From an uncultured Gemmatimonadales bacterium (GTDB lineage Bacteria; Gemmatimonadota; Gemmatimonadetes; Gemmatimonadales; GWC2-71-9): a DNA stretch of 64,000 nt. Under the pieces are notes generated by a model. It did no database searches, was not told where the DNA came from, and worked only from the letters and a program-made list of their open reading frames with translations. The DNA is taken from positions 773,472-837,471 of the forward strand of contig CAWFGG010000002.1 of NCBI GenBank assembly GCA_963815325.1, given 5' to 3'. The position numbers and the translations under genes are program-made. Of this stretch, positions 19,318 through 30,358 are shown in pieces; positions within the stretch are counted from its first letter, which is position 1, and each line of letters opens with the position of its first letter.

Positions 19318-19347
19318 GAGCCGTCCTGCGATTCGCAGGGCGGCTTT
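19318..19347 (+). terminator. rho-independent terminator after csp copy 2
   Basis: GAGCCGTCCTGCG-ATT-CGCAGGGCGGCTTT. Confidence 0.55.
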
Positions 19348-19498
19348 CGTGTGCCGAGGCTAGACCTCGGAAAGCTCACGGCTCCGAGCGCGGCTGCTTC
19401 GGTGACGCCAGCCTTGCGGAGGGCCGCGCCATGGGGTATATCGGAATCTGGCCCGCACAGACGGCGCGGGCGCCGCTCCTTCTTACCACGGAGGCTGG

Positions 19499-19699
19499 AT
19501 GGGCAAGGGACACGAAGACCTGCACACGCTGCACGAGGCGCTGGCCGCATTCGAGGAGGCGATTCGGCAGCGCGAGCGCCGTAACCCCCTCACGAGCAAG
19601 GTGTCCACAAAGCAAGTTGCCGACGAGGCTCGCCAGCATGTCGTGGAGGTCGTCGTCGAGATGGTCACGGCCGCGCGGATGGGTCGCGAAACCTCCTAA
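19499..19699 (+). CDS. small hypothetical protein (66 aa)
   Basis: ATG preceded by GGAGG. Strong GC3 bias and acidic/helical sequence (HEDLHTLHEALAAFEEAIRQRE). No family recognised. Confidence 0.4.
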   Translation: MGKGHEDLHTLHEALAAFEEAIRQRERRNPLTSKVSTKQVADEARQHVVEVVVEMVTAARMGRETS

Positions 19700-19776
19700 G
19701 CAACCTCGCCCTTGACCATGTGGCGCATAACAAGGCCCCGGGCGCCGATCGGCGCTCCCATCGTTGCTACCCGCAG

Positions 19777-21354
19777 CTACCCGCCGAACTTGATGCCCTG
19801 TGCCAAGGGGAGTTCGGTGCTCCAATTGACGGTATTGGTCTGGCGGCGCATGTAGGCCTTCCAGGAATCGGAACCCGATTCACGCCCCCCACCGGTTTCT
19901 TTCTCACCGCCGAAGGCACCGCCGATCTCGGCGCCGCTGGTGCCGATGTTCACGTTGGCGATCCCGCAATCGCTGCCACGGTGCGACAAGAAGTACTCCG
20001 CCTCGCGCATGTGCTCCGTGAAGATCGCGGACGACAGCCCCTGCGGCACCCCGTTGTGCAGTGCCACAGCCTCCTCGATCTCCGCCACCGACTCGGCCGG
20101 CGACGCCGACGCGCTGCCGTAGCCGATGATGTAGAGGATGGGCGCGAAGGTCTCCTCCTGCACGATGGCAAACTCGTTCTTGGCCGCGGCGATGCACGGC
20201 CTCACGTAATGTCCGCCCGGATAGTCCGGCCCGTCGAGCGGCTCGCCGCCGAAAAGAATGTCCCCGCCCTCCTCCTGGACCCGGCGGACCGCGTTCTGCA
20301 GATCCTTCACGGCCTGCCGGGTCACCAGCGGTCCCATCAAGGTCTCGCGGTTCCGTGGGTCGCCGATCCGGACACCCTCGTACGCCCGGCATAGGCGGCG
20401 GACGAATTCCTTCCGGATCGACTCGTGCACGATGATCCGGCGCGTGCTAGTGCAGCGCTGGCCCGCCGTGCCCACCGCGCCGAACAAGACCGCCGGGAGT
20501 GCTAAGTCCAAGTTGGCATGCGGCGTCACGATGATCGCGTTGTTGCCGCCCAGCTCGAGGATGGCACGACCGAGCCGCTTCCCGACCACCTCGGCGACGC
20601 GGTAGCCGACCTGGCAGCTTCCGGTGGCCGACACGAGCGGTACCCGCCGGTCGTGCAACATCCGGTCGCCCACGGTCGATCCCTTGCCGATGGTGAGCGA
20701 GAAGATGGCCGGGTCGACATCGTTCGCGCGGCACACCTGTTCCGCCAGCCTGGTGCACGCGATCGCGGTGAGCGGCGTCTTGCTGGCCGGCTTCCACAGG
20801 ACACTGTCGCCGCACACCGACGCGATGGCCGTGTTCCAGCTCCAGACGGCGACCGGGAAGTTGAACGCGCTGATCACACCCACCACCCCCAGCGGGTGCC
20901 ACTGCTCGAACATGCGATGGTCCGGCCGCTCCGACTGCATGGTGAGCCCGTAGAGCTGGCGGGAGAGGCCGGTCGCGAAGTCGCAGATGTCGATCATTTC
21001 CTGCACTTCGCCCTCACCCTCGGCCAGGATCTTCCCCATTTCGAGCGTGACGAGCTGACCCAGCTCGTGCTTCACCTCCCGGAGCCGGTCGCCGAGCTGC
21101 CGGATGATCTCGCCGCGGCGAGGGGCCGGCACGCGGCGCCAGGAAAGAAAAGCCTCGTGGGCGCGCCCCGCGATCCGGTCGTACTCTTCTTCAGTGACCT
21201 GTTGCACGGTCGCGATCCGCGAACCGTCGATGGGGGTGATGACCTCGAGTTCGGGACCAGATCCGATCCACTCACCGTCGAAGCCGCCCGCGTTGGTCTC
21301 CGAAATTCCCAGGGTCGCCAGAAAATCGCTCAGGACTGGGGCCGTCGTTGCCAT
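19777..21354 (-). CDS. aldehyde dehydrogenase, ALDH7 (alpha-aminoadipic semialdehyde / piperideine-6-carboxylate dehydrogenase)-like
   Basis: Motifs: EMGKILAEGEGEVQEMIDICDFA, ISAFNFPVAVWSWN, ELGGNNA, GTAGQRCTSTRR. The start is set at MATTAP (ATG 21354). Confidence 0.85.
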   Translation of the reverse strand: MATTAPVLSDFLATLGISETNAGGFDGEWIGSGPELEVITPIDGSRIATVQQVTEEEYDRIAGRAHEAFLSWRRVPAPRRGEIIRQLGDRLREVKHELGQLVTLEMGKILAEGEGEVQEMIDICDFATGLSRQLYGLTMQSERPDHRMFEQWHPLGVVGVISAFNFPVAVWSWNTAIASVCGDSVLWKPASKTPLTAIACTRLAEQVCRANDVDPAIFSLTIGKGSTVGDRMLHDRRVPLVSATGSCQVGYRVAEVVGKRLGRAILELGGNNAIIVTPHANLDLALPAVLFGAVGTAGQRCTSTRRIIVHESIRKEFVRRLCRAYEGVRIGDPRNRETLMGPLVTRQAVKDLQNAVRRVQEEGGDILFGGEPLDGPDYPGGHYVRPCIAAAKNEFAIVQEETFAPILYIIGYGSASASPAESVAEIEEAVALHNGVPQGLSSAIFTEHMREAEYFLSHRGSDCGIANVNIGTSGAEIGGAFGGEKETGGGRESGSDSWKAYMRRQTNTVNWSTELPLAQGIKFGG

Positions 21355-21591
21355 GGTTCTATCCACCGTATGTCTCGTCTGGAAAGAAAATCGCTGTGTG
21401 GAGTTCAGTATTGACGTCGGATTCTAGCATGGTCCGGCGGGCGGGGCCACTCCGCACTCAATGGGCGCCGAATCGCGAACAACCCATGGAATCTGGAGTT
21501 TCAAGACCCGTGCCGTCGTGGGTAGTACTCGCCATCCTGGCGGCGTCGAGCCGGCTACCGTAGTTTGCCGCAGACTCCGGAGGCAATCACC

Positions 21592-23526
21592 ATGCACATG
21601 CTTGCTCGTACACGATGTTTCCGATACCCGATCCTCACGGCCTTGTGGCTGGGACTCTTGACGTGGCCCATGACCGGTGCCGCGGCACAGGGCGCCACCC
21701 GATGGTCGGGCCCATCCCCGTTCCGGCCCCTCGACCTCCCGGCCGCGACAACCATCCGTACCGGCGCGGGACGCCCCGGCCCGGACTACTGGCAGCAACA
21801 GGTCGACTACGATCTCCGGGCGGCGGTCGACACCGCCACCCGGCTCCTCACGGGCTCGGGTGTCATGACGTACCGGAACAACTCCCCCGAGAGCCTGCCA
21901 TTCCTCTGGCTCAAGCTCGACGCCAACCGCTGCGGCGACGAGAGCGAGGCCGCGGTGCTCAACGTGCCGCCGCTCCTCTTCGGCGATGCGGTGTTCGACT
22001 TTTCGTGCCGCGGCGGCAGCGGCATGACGCTCGAGCGGGTGACCTCCTCGCGGCGTGCCCTGCCCTACCAGGTGTCCGGGACGGTAGCCCGCGTGGAGCT
22101 GCCCCATCCGCTCCAGCCCGGCGGAACGATCGATATCGAGCTCGCCTGGCGGTGGACCCTGCCGGACTACGGCTACGGCCGCATGGGGCGCGACGGCTCA
22201 CTTTATCAGATCGCGCAGTGGTATCCCCGGGCTGCGGTCTACGACGATGTGAGCGGCTGGAACATCGCCCCGTTCCTGGGCGCGGGAGAGTTCTACCAGG
22301 AATACGGCGATTTCAAGGCGGCGCTGAGCGTGCCGGCCGGCTACGTCGTAACAGCCACGGGCACGATCGACAACCCGGAGACGGTTCTCACCGCGGCCCA
22401 GCGCGCGCGGCTCGGCCGAGCGCGGGCGTCGGAAACCGCTGTAGCGATCGTGACCCGGGACGAGGCGCTCCGGGCCCGGCGGACAGCCGTCACGGGGACC
22501 AAGACATGGCACTTCTCAGCCCGGAACGTGCGCGACTTCGCCTTCGCGATGGCACCCGATTTCCGGTGGGACGCGAGCAGTTGGGACGGCACCCTGATCC
22601 AGACGTTTTACCGGCCCGAGGCGACACTCTGGGAAGAAGCCAACCGGATGTCGTGGGTGTCCATCAAGCACTTCTCGGAGCGGCTGGCCCGCTATCCCTA
22701 CCCGCACGCGACGACGGTCGAAGGCCCGAACGAAGGCATGGAATACCCCATGCTGACGTTCGTGCCCCGCGGTGCCTCGCGCGAAGAGCTCTACTGGGTG
22801 CTGACCCACGAGTTCGGCCACGAGTGGTACCCGATGTTGGTCAACTCCAACGAGAGGCTCCATCCGTGGATGGATGAGGGGTTCAATACCTTTATCGACA
22901 TCGGATCGGTCGAGGAGTACTTCGCGGGGCAGGCCTATGCCGACACCATCAGCCTGCAACCCCTGCACCTCTTTCCGCTCCATGCGATCGAAGGACAGGA
23001 GCAGCCCATGGCGCTGCCGCCTGACGAGCAGCACGATCTCTACTGGGCGGCCTATTTCAAGCCCGCGCTCATGCTGCATCTGCTGCGAACGGAGGTCCTC
23101 GGCGCCGAGCGATTCGACCGAGCGTTTTCGGAGTACACCAAGGCGTGGAGCTTCAAGCACCCCACGCCGGCGGATTTCTTCCGCTTCATGGAGAATGCCT
23201 CGGGTAAGCAGCTCGACTGGTTCTGGCGGGAGTGGATCTATTCGACCGCGCGGCTCGACCAGGCCATCGATCGCGTGACCGCGGAGCCGACGGCGGCGAC
23301 GACGGTGTATCTACACAGCCGTGGCGACATGCTGATGCCCGCCGAACTGGCGCTGACCTTCACCGACGGCACGACGGAGACCGTGCGCCTGCCGGTCGAG
23401 ATGTGGAAGCTCGGTCCGGAATTCGCCTATCGGGTCCGCGGCAACCGGCAACTGGCCCGCGCCGAACTGGACCCGCGGGGTGTGTATCCGGACGTGGAGC
23501 GCGGCAACAACGTGTGGCAACGGTAG
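21592..23526 (+). CDS. M1 family zinc metallopeptidase, secreted
   Basis: HEFGHEWYP plus WMDEGFNTF (HExxH-E). Signal peptide MHMLARTRCFRYPILTALWLGLL. GGAGG lies 9 nt upstream of ATG 21592. Confidence 0.85.
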   Translation: MHMLARTRCFRYPILTALWLGLLTWPMTGAAAQGATRWSGPSPFRPLDLPAATTIRTGAGRPGPDYWQQQVDYDLRAAVDTATRLLTGSGVMTYRNNSPESLPFLWLKLDANRCGDESEAAVLNVPPLLFGDAVFDFSCRGGSGMTLERVTSSRRALPYQVSGTVARVELPHPLQPGGTIDIELAWRWTLPDYGYGRMGRDGSLYQIAQWYPRAAVYDDVSGWNIAPFLGAGEFYQEYGDFKAALSVPAGYVVTATGTIDNPETVLTAAQRARLGRARASETAVAIVTRDEALRARRTAVTGTKTWHFSARNVRDFAFAMAPDFRWDASSWDGTLIQTFYRPEATLWEEANRMSWVSIKHFSERLARYPYPHATTVEGPNEGMEYPMLTFVPRGASREELYWVLTHEFGHEWYPMLVNSNERLHPWMDEGFNTFIDIGSVEEYFAGQAYADTISLQPLHLFPLHAIEGQEQPMALPPDEQHDLYWAAYFKPALMLHLLRTEVLGAERFDRAFSEYTKAWSFKHPTPADFFRFMENASGKQLDWFWREWIYSTARLDQAIDRVTAEPTAATTVYLHSRGDMLMPAELALTFTDGTTETVRLPVEMWKLGPEFAYRVRGNRQLARAELDPRGVYPDVERGNNVWQR

Positions 23527-23566
23527 CGGCGGCATCGAGCAAACAACCAGACATAGGAGAGGCGTG

Positions 23567-24726
23567 ATGGCGCAGATCGGCAACGAGACGTTCGACATGG
23601 CCGCCGTGCAACGCGGGGCCCGCCTTCGGCGCTCGCCGTTTTTCGAGGCGACGCTGGCGGCGGGATGCCGGGGCTACACGGTCTACAACCACATGTTCCT
23701 CCCGATCGCCTATGCCGACCTGGAAGAGGAATACTGGCGGCTGCTCAACGACGTGACCGTGTGGGACGTGTCGGTCGAGCGCCAGGTCGAGATTACCGGG
23801 CCGGACGCCTTTCGGCTGACCAACCTGCTGACCCCGCGCGATTTGACCAAGTGCCGGGTCGGTCAAGGCAAATACGTCGTAATCACGGCGGAGAACGGCG
23901 GGATCATCAACGACCCGGTGCTGCTCCGCCTGGGCGAGAACCATTTCTGGCTGGCCCTGGCCGACAGCGACGTGCTGCTCTGGGCCCGCGGCGTGGCCTA
24001 CGACTCGGGAATGGATGTCGAGATCACCGAACCGGATGTTTCACCGCTCCAGATTCAAGGACCCAAGTCGAAGCCGGTGGTGCAGGCGCTGTTCGGCGAC
24101 CGGGTGCTCGAGCTGCCGTACTACTACTTCATCGAGACCGAGGTGGACGGGATCCCGGTGGTGGTGACCCGGACGGGATGGAGCGGAGAGGTCGGCTATG
24201 AGATCTACCTGCGCGACGGAAGCCGCGGAACGGAACTGTGGGACCGGGTCATGGCGGCCGGAGAGCCGTACAACATCGCTCCGACCGGACCGTCGGACAT
24301 CCGGCGGATCGAGGCCGGCATCCTGAACCACGGCGTCGATATCACGCTGGACGATACGCCCTACCACGTGGGACTCGAGTGGCTGGTGGACATGGATCAG
24401 CAAGCCGACTTCGTTGGGAAGGACGCGCTCCGTCGATTGGCAGCCAAAGGCGTGAGCCGGAAACTGGCCGGAGTCGAGATTGCCGGCGACCCGCTGGACC
24501 TCAACATGACCCGCTGGCCGGTCCATGCCCGAGGCACCCAGGTAGGTTCGGTCACGTCGGCGGTCTACTCGCCCCGCCTGGAGCGGAACATCGGCTACGT
24601 CATGGTGCCGACCAAGTACACAGAACTCGGCACCGGCTCACCGTCCACACCCCGGCGGGCGAACGGGAGGCCACGGTGGTCGTCAAGCCGTTCGTCGATC
24701 CGAAGAAGGACGTGCCCAAGTCCTAA
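23567..24726 (+). pseudogene. aminomethyltransferase (GcvT/DmdA) family gene with an apparent 1-nt frameshift near 24632
   Basis: ORF 23480..24898 reads as GcvT-family up to ...VPTKYTELGT and then becomes Arg/Ser junk. Frame 24238..24726 continues RLTVHTPAGEREATVVVKPFVDPKKDVPKS*. The junction is GGCACC|GGCTC, where an extra C would restore the frame. Confidence 0.8.
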
Positions 24727-24767
24727 GCGGTTCGATCATGATGTATCTGCCCGTATCGGTGGCGTGG

Positions 24768-26835
24768 TTACTTCCACGCCACCGCACCCACCTCCACGAG
24801 GTCTTCCGCGTAGCGCCCGACGAGTAACGTGGGCACGGGGCCGTATTCCGCGCTCAGCGCGTTCCGGATGTCGGTCACGGTTCGTGTCCCGTCGATGAAG
24901 TTGACCAGCTCGAAGCGCTGGTCGCCGCTCAGGGTGAACTCGGGCGAGGCGTACCAGGCCGCGCGGTCCGGATCCAATCCGCTTTCGGGAAGGTCGAAGT
25001 CCAACGGCCCACGGGTCAGCCGGACCGGTACCCGTGAGTCGGTGGCGGTCGTCGGTGCGACCGGTGGGCAGACCCGCGGCCCGCGCCTCATCGCCAAGGG
25101 CCTTCCGGAAGGCGGCGGCCACCTGATCGAGCCGATTCCCCGCGGCGCGGACCGCGCGCCGGGCGTCCTCGCCTTCGTTGAAGAGCAAGACCGACGCGAT
25201 CGCCGCCTGGTCCCACGCCGTCGCGTGGGTCAGCGCGTTCTGGCCCTCGAACCAGGCCGATGCGCGCTCGTCGCCCGACGCCGCCAGCATCGCCGACCGG
25301 ACCGCGCGCGCCGCGGCTCCCAGCCGCGCCATGCCGTTCTGCCCGACCAGGTAGGCCACGTCGGCGGCTTCTTGGCCACTCAGGTCGGACAGATAGATGG
25401 CCGTTGCCGCGGCGATGATCTCACTCCGCTCGAGCTCCACCGGATCCACCTTGTCCGGCGTGTCCTCCGAGGTGTGGTGGGTGTAGTCGGGCCCGTGGCC
25501 CAGCATGATACCGGGCACCTTCCGGTCGATGAACATCATGTGGTCGCTGCCGCCGGAATACGGAGTGACCCGATAGTTCATGGCGGACAGGCTGCCACGC
25601 GGGGTCCGCACATCCATCCGCGAGACCATCTCCGCCATGTTCGCCACCACGTCGCTGAGCGCCGACGGAATCGATGCCGGTGTCCGGGTCAATCCCATTT
25701 GGGAGTGAATGAGCTCGAGGTTCTCGCCCACCATGTCGAGGTTCAGGTTGGCCAGCACCCGGCCGCCGAGTGCGGGGCCTCGGAGTTCGGGGTGGCGATC
25801 GATGTAGGCCATAGTGCCGTACCACTCGGGCACCCAGAGGAACCGGAGGGTGCGCTTGGGCCGCGGCAGCCGGCCGGACTCGATCAACTGATGCAGTGTC
25901 GCGGCGATGTCGACCAGCGCGGCCGAGCCCGACGCGTTGTCGTTGGCCGACTCCTTGGGATGATCGAGGTGGGCGCTGAACACGATCTCCTCGTCGGGAC
26001 GTTCGGACCCCCGGATGACGGCCACCGGCACGTCCATGAAGTAGGGCTCGAGCCCGATGCCGCTCACCCGTCCGTGGAGCACCACCTTGGTACCGCGTTC
26101 GAGCAGGGACCGAAGCCCGCTGCCCTGCCGGTTGGTCAGGTTGAACCCGAAGGTGACCCGCTCCAGCTCCTCGGTCAGCGGCCACATGCCAGTGTACGCC
26201 AGCATGTCCGGATATTCTCGGGCCCGGTCGTCGTCGAGGTAGCACACGACGGCTGCTGCGCCGTATTTGAGCACTGCGAGCCGGTGGACCGACCCGCCGT
26301 AGCCGGTCGCCAGGACGAACTTGCCGGCGATGTCCTTTCCTTCGTAGTCCGCGTCGCTGGTCCCACTTCCCACCCAGACCAACTCGGCCGTGACGTCGCC
26401 GGGATTGGAGTAGGTGATGACGCTCATCGCGATCTCGGGATACCCGACGATTCGCTCCTCCCGGGGCTCGACCATGCGAAGCTCGCCGGAGGTGATGTCC
26501 CAGCCCGAGGGCGACTGCCAAGTCTGGTAACTCACCCGGCCGTCGGAGGGAAACGACTCGGTGAAGGCGTCGGACTCGGCGAACCCCGCTGCCCGAAGCG
26601 CGGCCTCGACGTACCTGGCTGCGTGGCGGTAGCCCCGCGATCCCTGGATCCGGTGGTGGCGGCTGATTTCGATCACGTGGTCCTTGGCGCGCTCGCCCGA
26701 GAGGGCCTCGTGCAGCAGATCGCGGCGATTGGAATCGAGCAACGGGGCAAAATCTTGGGCCGGGAGTGGCGGCGGGAAGGCGGTCAGTAGGAAGGCGGTC
26801 AGGACGGTGGCCAGGACGGCGAGCGACGTTCTCAT
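24768..26835 (-). pseudogene. M28 family aminopeptidase (PA-domain type) with an apparent frameshift near 25060-25075
   Basis: ORF 24736..27132 trimmed to MRTSLAVLATVLTAF (signal peptide). Metal-site motif HLDHPKESANDNASGSAAL. The C-terminal ~95 aa continue in ORF 24768..25097 (...RVPVRLTRGPLDFDLPE...VEVGAVAWK*). Confidence 0.8.
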
Positions 26836-27025
26836 GACGGCTAAACTCCCTCGGTGGAACGGCCTCTTGGGCTCACTCTCGATCGTCAACAACGATAGTC
26901 CGACGGGATCTCGCAACACGATATCACCCCCTGAGCATACCGCTCGACCACTGAACCCGCCATCTTCGTATCGTTCGCGGCGAACACCAAGCGCCGCCAT
27001 CCGTGACCAACAACACCGAGCCATC

Positions 27026-27793
27026 ATGAACGATTTCAATGGAAAGCGCGCCCTGGTGACCGGGGCCACCAGCGGCATCGGCCGGGCCACGGCCAGGCTC
27101 CTGCTGGAGCGCGGAGCCACCGTCGTCGGCACCGCGAGGCGGGAGGAGGCGCTCGATCAGGCCGTGAGCGACCTCGGTGCAGGACAGCGATGGATCCCGA
27201 TCGCGGGAGACCTGACCACGGCCGATTTCCGGACCTCGCTCATCGCGGCGGCACGGCAACAGGCCGGCGGCCTCGACCTCCTGGTCAACGCCGCGGGCAT
27301 CCTGACCACGGGGACTTGGGAGACGACCAGCCTGGACGACTGGGACCGGATGCTCGACATCAATCTCCGGAGCGTGTTCGACCTCACCCGGCTCGCGATT
27401 CCTCTATTGAAGGAAGGCCGGGGCGCAATCGTCAATGTCAGCAGTGTGACCGGAACACGAGCGTTCCCGGGTGTGCTGGCCTACTGCGTGAGCAAGGCGG
27501 GGGTCGATCAGCTGACCCGTTGCCTGGCGCTCGAGCTGGCGGCCGACGGGGTGCGGGTGAACGCGGTCAATCCGGGGGTGGTGCGCACCGAACTCCACCG
27601 CGCCGGCGGGATGGACCAAGCGGCCTACGCGGCCTTTCTGGAGCGGAGCAAAACGACCCACCCGTTGGGGCGGGTGGGCCAGCCGGAGGAGGTCGCGGAG
27701 CTGATCGCGTTCCTCGGATCGTCGCGTGCCGGCTGGATCACCGGGGAGACCATCGCCATCGACGGCGGCCGGGCCCAGACCTGTAACCGCTGA
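27026..27793 (+). CDS. short-chain dehydrogenase/reductase (SDR)
   Basis: MNDFNGKRALVTGATSGIGRA (TGxxxGIG), NAAG, and the YCVSK catalytic motif. ORF 26684..27793 trimmed to ATG 27026. Confidence 0.85.
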   Translation: MNDFNGKRALVTGATSGIGRATARLLLERGATVVGTARREEALDQAVSDLGAGQRWIPIAGDLTTADFRTSLIAAARQQAGGLDLLVNAAGILTTGTWETTSLDDWDRMLDINLRSVFDLTRLAIPLLKEGRGAIVNVSSVTGTRAFPGVLAYCVSKAGVDQLTRCLALELAADGVRVNAVNPGVVRTELHRAGGMDQAAYAAFLERSKTTHPLGRVGQPEEVAELIAFLGSSRAGWITGETIAIDGGRAQTCNR

Positions 27794-27796
27794 GGG

Positions 27797-28351
27797 CTAT
27801 TCGCCCGACTGCTCGACCTGCTCCAGCACTCCGATGTAGGGCAGCGTGCGATACTGCTCGGCGTAGTCCAGGCCGTAGCCCACGACCCATACATCCGGAA
27901 TGTCGAAGCCGAGGTAGTCCACCCGGACGTCGCGCTCGGCGCGGCTCAGCTTCCGCACCAGCACACAGGTGCGGATGGAGGAGGGGTTCCGCGCTTGTAA
28001 CAGGTCGATGAGGTAATGCAGGGTGTTGCCGGAATCGACGATGTCTTCGACGATCAGCACGTGCTTCCCCTCCACCCGATGGCGCAGGTCCATCTCGAGC
28101 CGCACCTCCCCCGACACACTGCCCTTCTCGTAGCTCGACAGCCCGATGAACTCGATCCGCCGCGGAATGGTCAGGCGGCGGGACAAGTCGGCCAGCAGAA
28201 TGAACGACCCCTTGAGCACGCCGACCAGCACCACCTCGCCCTTGGCGCGGTAGTCTCGCGAGATCTGGGAGGCCAGGTCGATCACCCGCTCCCGAATGGT
28301 TTCCTCGGTGATCAGGACGGTCGGTTCCGGTGTCTCGGCGTGGCTTGGCAT
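27797..28351 (-). CDS. hpt: hypoxanthine phosphoribosyltransferase
   Basis: 184 aa. VLVGVLKGSFILLADL and the PRPP motif HVLIVEDIVDSGNTL. Trimmed from ORF 27797..28804. Confidence 0.9.
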   Translation of the reverse strand: MPSHAETPEPTVLITEETIRERVIDLASQISRDYRAKGEVVLVGVLKGSFILLADLSRRLTIPRRIEFIGLSSYEKGSVSGEVRLEMDLRHRVEGKHVLIVEDIVDSGNTLHYLIDLLQARNPSSIRTCVLVRKLSRAERDVRVDYLGFDIPDVWVVGYGLDYAEQYRTLPYIGVLEQVEQSGE

Positions 28352-28442
28352 AGACGGTAAGTTGGCGCCCACCCGGGAAAACGCAATCTCGCCCGAGCGG
28401 CCCGCATGACGCGGCGGCGTGACCACCGTAGATTGCGGCCTC

Positions 28443-29391
28443 ATGCCAACCACCGACGCGGCACACATCGCACGTCGCCGCATCCTGACCGGGCACCTGG
28501 CCCTGAGCGCGGCGCAGGTGGGCTTCGGGCTGTTCCCGGTGTTCGGGATCATCGTGTTCGGGCCGGCCGGCGTGTCGCCGCTCGGGGTCGGCACCTGGCG
28601 CATCGGGGCCGGCGGCGTCATCCTGGGCGCCCTTGCCTTCCTGCTCCATGGCAGGGCCGCCCTGCCCCAGCGCCGCGACCTGACTCGATTCTTCTGGTGC
28701 GCGCTCCTGGGTGTGGTCATCAACCAGGGGATGTTCCTGGTCGGTCTGTCCCGCTCGACGCCGATGAACGCCGGCCTGGTGATGTCGATGATCCCGGTGT
28801 TCACCTTTGCGATCGCCGCGGCCGTGGGTCAGGAACGTTTCAGCGCTCTCCGCGCCGCCGGCGTGCTGATCGCGCTCGTGGGCATGGCACCGCTCTCTGT
28901 TTGGGAATGGCGGTGGGGCCCGCATCTTGGCCCACTACGGCCCGGGCAACCTGCTGATGGTGGGCAACGCGTTGTCCTATTCCGTCTATCTCGTCATCGC
29001 GAAGCCACTGACCGAGCGGTATCCGGCGCTGGTGATCCTGGCGTGGAACTACATGCTGTCGTTCGTGGCGCTGCCCTTCTTCGCCTCCGGGGCCAAGCTC
29101 CTGCCCGACCCCGGCGCGACCAGCGCCTGGTGGTCTTTGGCGTTTATCATCGCGTTCCCGACCGTCATCAGCTACCTCCTGGCCATGATCGGGCTGGCGC
29201 GGGTGCGGGCCTCGACCACCGCGATCTACGTGTACAGCCAGCCGCTGATCGCGGGCATTGCCAGTTGGTTCGTGTTCGGCGAGGAGCCGACGGCCGCCAT
29301 GTTGATTGCGGCCGTGGCATTGTTCATCGGTATCTGGCTGGTGGCGCGGCGGCCTCCCCCGCCCAAGCTTCCCGCTCCCGCAGAAGCCTGA
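28443..29391 (+). pseudogene. DMT/EamA family transporter with an apparent frameshift near 28890-28925
   Basis: The first EamA half is in ORF 28419..29963 (up to ...GVLIALVGMAPL). The second half is in ORF 28927..29391 (HYGPGNLLMVGNALSYSVYLVIAKPL...IGIWLVARR). Confidence 0.8.
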
Positions 29392-29393
29392 CC

Positions 29394-30194
29394 CTATTCC
29401 TCGATGGTCCCGTCGACCACGCGGACGCGATGTTGCTTGCCCGCGCTCACCGCCACGAACGAATAGCCACGGTCGGTCCGCTGGTAGCCCTCGATGGCGG
29501 ACAATGTGCGAAGGATCGAGCGACTGCCGACGGGATCCCAGTTCTCCACATCGGAGAGCGAGAGCTGCGACGGGTAGGCGCCCTCTTCCGCGTTCATCGT
29601 CTCCAGATAGATCACGAGATGCCGCGTAGCCGCCCGGGTCTGGGCCCGCTCTGCCTGGGAGTGCGCGGCACCGACGACACCGGCCCCGTCGAGTATCGTC
29701 TCCACCTGCTCCCTCTGTGCCCGGGTCAGGTCCCGCTCGAGCAGGGGGCGCACCACCTCACTGCCCTCCTCCCATCGCTGGCGCACCATGAGCCATTGCG
29801 CCTGGCCGAGGTAGAAGTCGAACGCGAGATGCTCCTTCGCGCTCTCGCCGGCGGATGTGTCCGGCAAGTGGGTCGCGAGATCTTGCAGCATGCCTTCGGC
29901 GCGATCGAAGTCGCCTTCGCGGGCGAGCTCACGGGCCTCGTGGTAGCGGCCGTCGGCAAGTGAACGGAGGCGGTCGATTTCCGTCTCGACCTCGGTGACG
30001 ATCTCATACTTGCTGTTGGCGTCCATGAACGTGGTGAGCCGAGCGACGGATGCGCCCGGGAGCTGCTCATCCACGGTAGCGAGCAGGGACCGGAACTCCG
30101 CATCGACCTCGGCCGGGGTTGGTTGGGATTTCGAGCAGCCGAGCGCGGCGGCGGACAGGACGAGGGCTACCAGGGTAACGCTGCGAAGGCGCAT
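29394..30194 (-). CDS. lipoprotein, hypothetical
   Basis: Trimmed to MRLRSVTLVALVLSAAALGCSK (lipobox). Helical, repeat-like body. Confidence 0.6.
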   Translation of the reverse strand: MRLRSVTLVALVLSAAALGCSKSQPTPAEVDAEFRSLLATVDEQLPGASVARLTTFMDANSKYEIVTEVETEIDRLRSLADGRYHEARELAREGDFDRAEGMLQDLATHLPDTSAGESAKEHLAFDFYLGQAQWLMVRQRWEEGSEVVRPLLERDLTRAQREQVETILDGAGVVGAAHSQAERAQTRAATRHLVIYLETMNAEEGAYPSQLSLSDVENWDPVGSRSILRTLSAIEGYQRTDRGYSFVAVSAGKQHRVRVVDGTIEE

Positions 30195-30358
30195 CGCGAG
30201 TCTCCTTGATAGGGCCGGACGGAATGGCCGAGGCTGCAAATTCTGCGCCTCATCGCTCACCCGTCGACCACGACTCCGACGATCCGCGCCGGTCCACCGC
30301 TGTCGCACTCAAATGAGAACAGGGTCACGCGTCGCATGACGGACCTCCGAACGAGGCG

